Shown here piece after piece: positions 1-7,321 of a DNA stretch of 64,000 nt. The notes under the pieces are model-generated. The model was not told where the DNA came from. It did not search any database and saw only the letters and a list, made by a program, of their open reading frames with translations. Each line of letters opens with the position of its first letter. Positions within the stretch are counted from its first letter, which is position 1. Origin of the DNA: an uncultured Christensenella sp. (GTDB lineage Bacteria > Bacillota > Clostridia > Christensenellales > Borkfalkiaceae); NCBI GenBank assembly GCA_949878495.1, contig CATLAR010000001.1:778-64777 (forward strand). Reading direction: 5' to 3'. A program made the translations under genes and the position numbers.

Positions 1-1
1 T

Positions 2-661
2 CTGAAACACGGCGTTGCCGTAAAGGATATAAACTATATCCAGATTCACCCCACGACGCTTTACACGGGCAAATCGGGCGAGCGCAGTTTTCTTATATCC
101 GAATCGGTGCGCGGCGAGGGCGCGGTGCTTCTCGATAAGAACTTTGAAAGGTTCACCGACGAATTACAGCCGCGCGACGTAGTTACCGCGGAGATATTAA
201 AGCAAATGCAAAAGGACGGCACTCCGCACGTCTGGCTGGATATGCGCGGCATTGACAGGGAGGAAATCGCGGGGCATTTCCCAAGCATAGTCGAAAAGTG
301 CCGCAAAGAGGGTTACGACCCGTTTACCCAATGCATTCCCGTCGTGCCCGCCCAGCATTATTTTATGGGCGGAGTTAAGAGCGGAACGGACGGCAGAACG
401 ACTATGCCGCGGCTGTACGCCGTAGGTGAAACGTGCTGCAACGGCGTGCACGGCGCGAACAGACTTGCTTCCAATTCGCTTCTGGAGAGTTTGCTGTTTG
501 CAAAGCGGGCGGCGCTCGATATAGGCGCAAATTACCGCGCGGCAAAGCCGTTACCCCACGAATATGCGGCAAATAACGGTGATTACGCCAATCCGCAGGA
601 GCTTTTGGAAAATTATAAACGGGATTTATTGAATGCGATTAAGGAGGCTGCAAATGGTTGA
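2..661 (+). CDS. nadB: L-aspartate oxidase, C-terminal part (5' end lies outside the window)
   Basis: The reading frame is open from the window edge. The translation carries aspartate oxidase/fumarate reductase flavoprotein signatures (IQIHPTT, ISESVRGEGAVLL, PRLYAVGETCCNGVHGANRLASNSLLE). nadC and niaR follow directly. Confidence 0.9.
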   Translation: MKHGVAVKDINYIQIHPTTLYTGKSGERSFLISESVRGEGAVLLDKNFERFTDELQPRDVVTAEILKQMQKDGTPHVWLDMRGIDREEIAGHFPSIVEKCRKEGYDPFTQCIPVVPAQHYFMGGVKSGTDGRTTMPRLYAVGETCCNGVHGANRLASNSLLESLLFAKRAALDIGANYRAAKPLPHEYAANNGDYANPQELLENYKRDLLNAIKEAANG

Positions 662-1511
662 TCTTGAATTTACGCTCGGCGTTGACGAGCTGATAAAAAG
701 CGCGCTTAAAGAGGATATTACAACCGAGGACGTGAGCACGAACGCGATAATTAAGGGCTACGTCAAGGGCACGGTGGAGCTTATATGTAAGCAAGACGGC
801 GTGATTTGCGGGCTGGGCGTGTTTAAAAGAACGTTTGAAATTTTAAACCCCGATACGGAAATTAAGCTTTACGCCAAGGACGGCGACAGAGTGCAAAAAG
901 GGCGGAAACTTGCTGATATTACGGGGGATATACGCGTTTTATTGCAGGGTGAGCGCACTGCTTTGAACTATTTGCAGAGAATGAGCGGCATAGCGACTTA
1001 TACTGCGGAAGTCGGCGAGTTGCTCGCGGGGACCAAGACCAAACTGCTCGACACAAGAAAAACCACGCCGAATATGCGCGTGTTCGAAAAGTACGCGGTG
1101 CGTTGCGGCGGCGGTCATAACCACCGCTACAATCTTTCGGACGGCGTGCTGTTAAAGGATAATCACATAGGCGCGGCGGGCGGCGTGGCAAACGCAGTTA
1201 AAGCGGCAAAGGAATATTCCTCGTTCGTAAGGAAAATCGAGGTTGAGGTTGAAACGCTTGAACAGTGTAAAGAGGCTGTCGAAGCGGGCGCGGATATAAT
1301 AATGCTCGACAATATGTCGGTAGAAGAAATGAAAAAAGCCGTTGAAATTATCGGCGGCAGAGCGCTTACCGAATGCAGCGGGAATATTACCAAAGACAAC
1401 GTTAAACGTGTCATATCCGCGGGTGTAGACTACGTTTCGAGCGGCGCGCTGACACATTCCGCGCCCATTCTGGATTTGTCGCTTAAAAATCTGCGAAAGG
1501 TGGAAGAATGA
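654..1511 (+). CDS. nadC: Nicotinate-nucleotide (quinolinate) pyrophosphorylase
   Basis: The translation is QPRTase-like (GERTALNYLQRMSGIAT, LDTRKTTPNMR, KDNHI, IMLDNM). ATG 654 overlaps the nadB stop; an alternative upstream start is at 633. Confidence 0.9.
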   Translation: MVDLEFTLGVDELIKSALKEDITTEDVSTNAIIKGYVKGTVELICKQDGVICGLGVFKRTFEILNPDTEIKLYAKDGDRVQKGRKLADITGDIRVLLQGERTALNYLQRMSGIATYTAEVGELLAGTKTKLLDTRKTTPNMRVFEKYAVRCGGGHNHRYNLSDGVLLKDNHIGAAGGVANAVKAAKEYSSFVRKIEVEVETLEQCKEAVEAGADIIMLDNMSVEEMKKAVEIIGGRALTECSGNITKDNVKRVISAGVDYVSSGALTHSAPILDLSLKNLRKVEE

Positions 1512-2017
1512 AAGCCGAAAAAAGGCGGGGCGAGATTTTAAGCCTTTTGGGCAATTCCGAAAACCCCGTGCCCGCAGGCGTGCTTGCCGAGCGGTTCAAC
1601 GTTTCAAGGCAGGTCATCGTTCAGGACGTAGCCATTTTGCGCGCCAACGGTTACGACGTTACCGCCACCAACCGCGGCTACGTTTTAAACGTTAAGTTGC
1701 AGGCTTCTCGCGTGTTCAAATGCCGTCATTCGTTCGAGGAGCTCGTAGACGAGGGCGCGTGCATTATCGAAGCGGGCGGCAGGATTGAGGACGTTTTCGT
1801 CAACCACCGCGTTTACGGCAGAATTTCCGCGCGGCTGGGGCTGTACAGCCGTATGCACGTTGAGGAACTGTACCGTTCGCTCGTTTCGGGCGCGTCCAAG
1901 CCGCTTATGAGCGTGACGGACGGTTATCATTATCACACCGTCGCTGCCGACGACGAAGCCGTCCTCGACGAAATAGAGAAAATTTTGCGCGCTAAGGGCT
2001 ATCTTATCGAAATATAA
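1508..2017 (+). CDS. niaR: NiaR-type transcriptional repressor of NAD biosynthesis/salvage (HTH plus 3H domain)
   Basis: 169 aa with an N-terminal HTH and a C-terminal His-rich 3H-like region (DGYHYHTV). It has an ATGA overlap with nadC and sits next to nadBC and pnuC. Confidence 0.8.
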   Translation: MKAEKRRGEILSLLGNSENPVPAGVLAERFNVSRQVIVQDVAILRANGYDVTATNRGYVLNVKLQASRVFKCRHSFEELVDEGACIIEAGGRIEDVFVNHRVYGRISARLGLYSRMHVEELYRSLVSGASKPLMSVTDGYHYHTVAADDEAVLDEIEKILRAKGYLIEI

Positions 2018-2025
2018 TCGTAATG

Positions 2026-2056
2026 AACCCCGCCCGCTTTGAAAGCGGGCGGGGTT
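2026..2056 (+). terminator. GC-rich hairpin after niaR
   Basis: AACCCCGCCCGC / GCGGGCGGGGTT 12-bp stem with loop TTTGAAA. Confidence 0.7.
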
Positions 2057-2062
2057 CTAATG

Positions 2063-2088
2063 ACGGTGGATAAATTCCACCGTTTTTC
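2063..2088 (+). terminator. Second intrinsic terminator after niaR
   Basis: ACGGTGGA-TAAAT-TCCACCGT followed by TTTTT. Confidence 0.75.
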
Positions 2089-2089
2089 C

Positions 2090-2129
2090 TTGCGTTTTGG
2101 GTCTTACAATTGTAGAATTTTAATTGTAA
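2090..2129 (+). promoter_or_regulatory. Sigma-70-like promoter with overlapping palindromic operator candidates
   Basis: TTGCGT (2090-2095), 17-nt spacer, TAGAAT (2113-2118). A perfect palindrome TACAATTGTA (2105-2114) overlaps the spacer and -10. A related TTAATTGTAA lies at 2120-2129. Confidence 0.55.
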
Positions 2130-2141
2130 AGGAGTTAAGCT

Positions 2142-3539
2142 ATGGCAAAACAACCCATTGGCGAATTTTTATGTGCGCTGAGAAAGGCGCACGGTTATAC
2201 GCAGCAGGAAGTCGCGGATAGACTCGGTGTGTCCAACAGAACGGTTTCCGCGTGGGAACAAGGCAGGGCGTATCCCGACCTTCTTACCCTACCCGCGCTT
2301 GCCGAAATTTACGACGTTACCGCCGACGAAATTTTAAACGGCGAGCGCAAACCCGCTACGGGGCTGACCGGCGAAGTGTCTGAAAAAAACTTGGTTAAAC
2401 TGTACAAAAGTAAACTTTCGTCGTTTTCGTCGAAAATGACCGCGCTTGCGGGTACGGGCGCGGGCGGCGCGGCGTTATTTTTGCTTATGTCGGCGATAGG
2501 CGGGTTTGCGCCCGGGTGGCTTCTTGTGATTTTCTGCGTGCTCGCCGTGGCGGACGCTATAACCGTTTTAACTTTGCTTATCTCGTTCGACGGAACGGCA
2601 CGTATTTCCGTAGGTATTTACCGCGGCGACGAGCCGGACAGTTCGCAGTCGAAATTCGTTTTTGATATGAGAATGTGTGAAGTGCGTTTTCTGTTAATCA
2701 CCGGAGGCGTATGGTCGTTATGCGGAATCGCCGCATTCTGGCTTTTGTCGTTTATTTATAATATAGAATTTCTGACTACGCTCGGTTACGCGCTGTTCGT
2801 CATAACGCTCGTGTTCGGCGCGGGAATGCTTATCTCTGCGATCATTTTATACCATAAGGAAATAAGCCTGCGCGGTAGCGAACGCGACAAACGCATACGA
2901 GGGAAACGCTTTAAATTAGCGGGCAAATGCGCGGCGTATCTTGCCGTTCCCCTGGGGATATGCTTGATTTTCAGCATTATTTTCTCATTCGTGTTTATTC
3001 CGACGACTACCAAGGCAAGTTATTTTCCGGCATCGCGCGAAGAGTTTATCAAAGCGTCGCATTCGTTCAGTGTCGGAATGAACTTCTTGGATGAAGGTCA
3101 ATATTTTCTCGACGTTGACGACGTTTTGAAAACGCAACCAAACGAGGACGGAAGTTACGCCCTCAACGAGCGGGGCACGCTTCGCGTAAGGTTCGACGAT
3201 GAAACTAACGTCTGTATTATCGAAGGTTTAGGTACCAACGGTAAGTATTCGACGGTAATAACGGCTGAAAGAATGTTCGTCGAGGACAGCGACGAAAGAA
3301 TTTACGATTTCAGGAACTTAAATAACCCGGAGAGCAGAGGAAAACAGTTTTTGTGGCTTGAAGTTTTAACCTATCAGAGGGGGAAAACAGTCGTGGTCGC
3401 CGACGACGTTTATAGCGTAAAATTTGATTATTCTTTGAATTATGCGTCCGTAATCGCTTCGTTAAGCTGGCTTATAATGTTGATTGCATTTATAACTGAC
3501 TTCACGGTATACTTGGTTTTAGCCGTCAAAATTAAATAA
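2142..3539 (+). CDS. XRE-family HTH regulator fused to a multi-pass membrane domain and a C-terminal domain
   Basis: N-terminal Cro/C1 HTH (LRKAHGYTQQEVADRLGVSNRTVSAWEQG), then several hydrophobic helices. RBS AAGGAG upstream. Confidence 0.75.
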   Translation: MAKQPIGEFLCALRKAHGYTQQEVADRLGVSNRTVSAWEQGRAYPDLLTLPALAEIYDVTADEILNGERKPATGLTGEVSEKNLVKLYKSKLSSFSSKMTALAGTGAGGAALFLLMSAIGGFAPGWLLVIFCVLAVADAITVLTLLISFDGTARISVGIYRGDEPDSSQSKFVFDMRMCEVRFLLITGGVWSLCGIAAFWLLSFIYNIEFLTTLGYALFVITLVFGAGMLISAIILYHKEISLRGSERDKRIRGKRFKLAGKCAAYLAVPLGICLIFSIIFSFVFIPTTTKASYFPASREEFIKASHSFSVGMNFLDEGQYFLDVDDVLKTQPNEDGSYALNERGTLRVRFDDETNVCIIEGLGTNGKYSTVITAERMFVEDSDERIYDFRNLNNPESRGKQFLWLEVLTYQRGKTVVVADDVYSVKFDYSLNYASVIASLSWLIMLIAFITDFTVYLVLAVKIK

Positions 3540-3546
3540 TGCGTTG

Positions 3547-3581
3547 AAAAAGCGCCCCGAACGGAAGTTCGGGGCGCTTTT
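3547..3581. terminator. Bidirectional intrinsic terminator between convergent genes
   Basis: AAAAGCGCCCCGAAC-GGAA-GTTCGGGGCGCTTTT, with A/T runs on both sides. Confidence 0.85.
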
Positions 3582-3582
3582 G

Positions 3583-4299
3583 TTAATCGGTTGCGTTTTC
3601 GCCGTTTTCGGCTGGGGACTGGGCGCGCTTTCGCCGCGTCCAGCAAATAAACGTGTAAGTGTCGTTGATGAGAAAAACCGAAAAGCACACCACCAGCGAA
3701 AGATACCCGAGGTTCCCCGCGCTCGCCGTAGACCAGAGCACGATTAAAACTATATCGTTGAGTATAAACGCCAGCGCGTATGCGGGTACGCGCAAAATCA
3801 TAAGATAAAGAGCGGTAAAGCTCGTTGCTACGGAAATCGTGCTCACTATTTGGTTTGCCGTTCCGAACGCGTCGAGAATGAAATAGAACGCCGTCGTTAT
3901 CGCTATAACGGACGGTACGAGTATAAATAAATGCTTTTTATCGAACTTGCCGATTTTAACTTCCGCAGTGCCTTTGTCGCTCGGGTGTTTCAGCCAGCTT
4001 ATCAGCGAGGTTATCGAACTCGGCAACTGCATACAAACGTAAATTATCGTTTCGCCGTAATAATGCGCCGTGAACGACACAAACGCGTAAATCAGACTGA
4101 ACGTTATCATTATAATCATACCGAAAACGTCGCCCTTAGCGGCAAAAATAAGCGCCGTTACGCCGAGCAAAGACGTTGCCAGATTTGCGTAATCGGTGCT
4201 TCTTACCGCAAAAAACGAAACGCTTATCGCCGTAAGCGAAAATATCCAGAGCGCCCACTCGAATTTAGTGAAGTTTTTAAAAGGATTGCGAATCTTCAT
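3583..4299 (-). CDS. pnuC: Nicotinamide riboside transporter PnuC family
   Basis: 238-aa polytopic membrane protein with a PnuC-like sequence (FTKFEWALW..., GDVFGMI). It is adjacent to niaR and NAD genes. Confidence 0.75.
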   Translation of the reverse strand: MKIRNPFKNFTKFEWALWIFSLTAISVSFFAVRSTDYANLATSLLGVTALIFAAKGDVFGMIIMITFSLIYAFVSFTAHYYGETIIYVCMQLPSSITSLISWLKHPSDKGTAEVKIGKFDKKHLFILVPSVIAITTAFYFILDAFGTANQIVSTISVATSFTALYLMILRVPAYALAFILNDIVLIVLWSTASAGNLGYLSLVVCFSVFLINDTYTFICWTRRKRAQSPAENGENATD

Positions 4300-4389
4300 T
4301 TATTCCTCAAAAAAAATGACCCGAACACACGCCTTCAAAGACCTAACGGCGCGGTCGAGTACCCGGTGGCAACTATTTATTACCCCTTA

Positions 4390-4418
4390 ATTGTACATAA
4401 TTTTTTTGGGCGTGTCAA
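4390..4418 (-). promoter_or_regulatory. Near-consensus promoter of pnuC
   Basis: On the minus strand: TTGACA (4413-4418), 17-nt spacer, TACAAT (4390-4395). About 90 nt upstream of the pnuC ATG. Confidence 0.7.
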
Positions 4419-4529
4419 TTAAAATTAATGGAAAAATTTACGCGACCTAAGTCTTGAAATATGGTTTTTTCGTGATATAATTGTTTTATCAGTCAGCCCG
4501 CGTTCGGGCTCAGGAGGTTTGATATTATT

Positions 4530-5012
4530 ATGAAGGTGATTTTTCTCGATATAGACGGCGTTCTAAACTCCCGCGCATACGACAGAAAACGCAACCGGAA
4601 CGAGCAGACGGATATAGACGAAACGCGCCTGCCGTTAGTTAAGGAAATCATTGAAAGAACGGGCGCGGAAATCGTTCTTAGTTCAACCTGGCGCGAACAT
4701 TGGTCGCAGGATATTTCGAAATGCGACAGCGACGGGGAGTATATAACCCGTACTTTCAAAAAATTCGGGCTGGAAATTTACGATAAAACGCCCGACATAG
4801 GAAGGTATGCCGAGCGCCGCGACGAAATAAACTGCTGGCTGGAAGCGCACCCGAGCGAAGTGGATAGCTTCGTTATAATCGACGACTACCGTTACGGCTG
4901 GAAAGAGTTAAACGCAAACTTTGTAAAGACGAACCCTAATTTGGGGCTGGGGTTGGAGCAAGAACACGTAGAAAAAGCCGTTGAAATTCTTTTAACGGGG
5001 GGAAACGTATGA
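4530..5012 (+). CDS. HAD-like hydrolase/phosphatase family protein
   Basis: 160 aa starting MKVIFLDIDGVLNS (HAD motif I DxDGV) with a later SSTWR motif. Confidence 0.65.
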   Translation: MKVIFLDIDGVLNSRAYDRKRNRNEQTDIDETRLPLVKEIIERTGAEIVLSSTWREHWSQDISKCDSDGEYITRTFKKFGLEIYDKTPDIGRYAERRDEINCWLEAHPSEVDSFVIIDDYRYGWKELNANFVKTNPNLGLGLEQEHVEKAVEILLTGGNV

Positions 5013-5086
5013 AAACAATCACAAAAAGACTATGTGTTGCGTTATGTGCATTCTTAGCCGTACTCACGCTGGGCATTGTCGTTTAA
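5009..5086 (+). CDS. Possible 25-aa hydrophobic micro-protein (MKTITKRLCVALCAFLAVLTLGIVV)
   Basis: ATGA overlap with the stop of the HAD gene, G-rich RBS-like tract upstream, terminator immediately downstream. Not in the ORF track because it is shorter than 60 aa. Confidence 0.3.
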   Translation: MKTITKRLCVALCAFLAVLTLGIVV

Positions 5087-5088
5087 TG

Positions 5089-5113
5089 AAAGCGGTTTGC
5101 ATACCGCTTTTTT
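5089..5113 (+). terminator. Intrinsic terminator
   Basis: AAAGCGGT-TTGCAT-ACCGCTTT followed by a T-run. Confidence 0.75.
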
Positions 5114-5124
5114 GTTGAATTTTA

Positions 5125-5154
5125 TTGCCAAATTCAGCCGTGCGGGTGTATAAT
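5125..5154 (+). promoter_or_regulatory. Promoter of the tsaE operon, probably giving a leaderless or near-leaderless mRNA
   Basis: TTGCCA (5125-5130), 18-nt spacer, extended -10 TGTATAAT (5147-5154). The tsaE ATG at 5163 is only 8 nt downstream of the -10 and has no SD. Confidence 0.55.
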
Positions 5155-5162
5155 ATACCCGT

Positions 5163-5567
5163 ATGGCTGTTTTTGTTACTAAAAACGCCGGGGAAACGGT
5201 TGACCTCGGCAGAAAATACGCGCTCGGGCTTAAGCCCAACGACGTCGTTTTGTTGCGTGGCGAAATGGGCGCGGGTAAAACGGCGTTCGTCAAAGGCGTT
5301 GCGCTCGGGCTGGGTATTGACGAAGAGGTGCTTTCGCCGACTTACGCGTATATGAACGACTATTCGGGCAAGCTGTATCATTTCGACTGCTACCGTCTTG
5401 ACGGCGGCGAACAAGCCGAGGCTCTCGGGCTCACCGACTATTTTTACGCGGGCGGGGTCTGTTTTATAGAATGGCCGCAGAATATCGCAAGCGCTCTGCC
5501 CGACGAATGCAAGACGGTTACGATAGAAAAACTCGGCGGGGACGAAAGGAGGATAAGCTATGAGTAA
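5163..5567 (+). CDS. tsaE: tRNA t6A37 biosynthesis ATPase TsaE
   Basis: P-loop GEMGAGKTAFVKG and SPTYAY motif. Followed by tsaB and rimI in the classic order. Confidence 0.9.
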   Translation: MAVFVTKNAGETVDLGRKYALGLKPNDVVLLRGEMGAGKTAFVKGVALGLGIDEEVLSPTYAYMNDYSGKLYHFDCYRLDGGEQAEALGLTDYFYAGGVCFIEWPQNIASALPDECKTVTIEKLGGDERRISYE

Positions 5568-6177
5568 TTTTCTGGCTTTCGACACCGCGTCAAAGCATCT
5601 TACCGTGGTCGCCTGCAAGGGCGAAAAGACGGTCGTGCGGCACGTTCCCGAATGCGCGATGCGCCACTCCGTTATTTTAATGGACGAAATCGATAAAGCG
5701 CTCTGCGAAGCCTCGCTCACTCCCGCCGAATGCGATTTTTTCGCGGCGGTAACGGGCCCCGGCTCGTTTACGGGCATACGCATAGGCGTAGCCGCCGCCA
5801 AGGGCTTTGCGCTCGCCGCGGGCAAGCCGTTAAAGAGCGTGACCGCATTTGATCTGATTGCATATAATGTAAACAGCGACGAGCCTTACCTCGTGGCGGT
5901 GGACGCCGCGCACGACTGTTTTTACGTATGCGGTTACGATAAGGGCGAAGTCGCGCTTGCGCCCTGTTATCTTTCGCGCGGCGAGGTGAAAAAGCTTGGG
6001 CAGCCCGTTTACGGGTTCGAAGAGCTTGCGTTCGACCCCTACTTTAAACTTGAAATAAAAGACTGCCTTGACAATGCCGCGCGCCTTGCGCCCGTTTCGG
6101 ACGGAATGCACGCGCTGTATGTGCGCAAAAGTCAGGCAGAGGAGGCGCTCGGTGCAGTTAAGAGACTGGAAGTATGA
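5560..6177 (+). CDS. tsaB: tRNA t6A37 biosynthesis protein TsaB
   Basis: YeaZ-like sequence (LAFDTAS, GPGSFTGIRIGVAAAKG). Overlaps the tsaE stop. Confidence 0.9.
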   Translation: MSNFLAFDTASKHLTVVACKGEKTVVRHVPECAMRHSVILMDEIDKALCEASLTPAECDFFAAVTGPGSFTGIRIGVAAAKGFALAAGKPLKSVTAFDLIAYNVNSDEPYLVAVDAAHDCFYVCGYDKGEVALAPCYLSRGEVKKLGQPVYGFEELAFDPYFKLEIKDCLDNAARLAPVSDGMHALYVRKSQAEEALGAVKRLEV

Positions 6178-6586
6178 GGATATTCTGAAAATTTCGGAAC
6201 TCGAAACGGAATGCTTCCCGCAGGAACCGTGGTCGTTCCGAATGCTCGCGGCGAGCTTTGACAGCGACGCTTTTCACGGCGTTCTGTCGGAGGACGGCGG
6301 CGAAATCACGGGCTACGGCGGGATAACTGTCGCCGCGGATACCGCGGATATAGAGAATATCGCCGTCAGCGAGCCTTACCGCAGAAGCGGTGCGGGTACG
6401 AAAATTTTGCGGGAGCTTATACGCATTGCCAAAGACAACGGCGCGAAGAAGATATTTCTCGAAGTGCGCGTTTCAAACGTTGCGGCTATGAAGATGTATC
6501 TTAAAAACGGCTTTAAGGGCGCTTACGCGCGGACGCGCTATTATTCGGACGGCGAGGATTGTCTCGTTATGGAAAAACAGCTTTGA
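6152..6586 (+). CDS. rimI: Ribosomal-protein-alanine N-acetyltransferase (GNAT)
   Basis: GNAT motifs (IENIAVSEPYRRSGAGTKIL). GTG 6152 is preceded by AGGAGG. The longer ORF from 6068 overlaps tsaB and is unlikely. Confidence 0.8.
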   Translation: MQLRDWKYEDILKISELETECFPQEPWSFRMLAASFDSDAFHGVLSEDGGEITGYGGITVAADTADIENIAVSEPYRRSGAGTKILRELIRIAKDNGAKKIFLEVRVSNVAAMKMYLKNGFKGAYARTRYYSDGEDCLVMEKQL

Positions 6587-6623
6587 AGCGGGGAGAGCGG
6601 CTATTTTATTAAGAGGTAAATTC

Positions 6624-7319
6624 GTGTCCCTCGTTTGCGTCGGAAGCGGTAAAGACGTGCTTTTGTTGCATGGCTACGGCGCGAGCAAGGAAAGTTTTTA
6701 CTATCAGATAAATTTTTTAAAAGACTACTTTAAAGTGACCGCCTTGGACTTCCCGTCGTTCGGGTCGAGCGAAGGCTTCGAAGAGCCGTGGAGCGTAGGC
6801 GATTACGCCGATTGGCTGAAAGACTTTATGCGCGCGCGGGGTATCGAACGCCCGCTCGTAGTGGCGCATTCGTTCGGGGCGAGGGTGGTTTTCAAGCTGT
6901 TCGGCGGAGGCGGCGCAGACGCCGAAAAAATAGTTATAACGGGTGGCGCGGGGCTTGTAAAAGAGCGTAGCTCCCGATATATGCGCCGTTTACGCGCTTA
7001 CAGGCGCTGGAAAAAGGTCTTTCCGAGGTTTGCCGAAAAGCATTTCGGGAGCGCGGAATACCGTACGCTTTCGCCGCTTATGAAGGAAAGCTATAAAAAA
7101 ATCGTCAACGAGGATCTGCGCGCTTATGCGGAAAAAATTGCTTCGCCCGCGCTACTCGTTTACGGCTTGGACGATACCGTCACGCCGTGCGCGGAAGAGG
7201 GTGAAACCTTTGCCGCGCTAATAAAAGGCAGCCGCCTTGAAAGAGTTGAGGGCGGGCACTTTTGCTTTTCGGAACACCCCGACGTGTTTAACGAAAAAAT
7301 TCTGGCTTTTTTATTGTAA
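6624..7319 (+). CDS. Alpha/beta-fold hydrolase
   Basis: LLLHGYGAS and the nucleophile elbow AHSFGARV. 231 aa. Confidence 0.7.
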   Translation: MSLVCVGSGKDVLLLHGYGASKESFYYQINFLKDYFKVTALDFPSFGSSEGFEEPWSVGDYADWLKDFMRARGIERPLVVAHSFGARVVFKLFGGGGADAEKIVITGGAGLVKERSSRYMRRLRAYRRWKKVFPRFAEKHFGSAEYRTLSPLMKESYKKIVNEDLRAYAEKIASPALLVYGLDDTVTPCAEEGETFAALIKGSRLERVEGGHFCFSEHPDVFNEKILAFLL

Positions 7320-7321
7320 TT

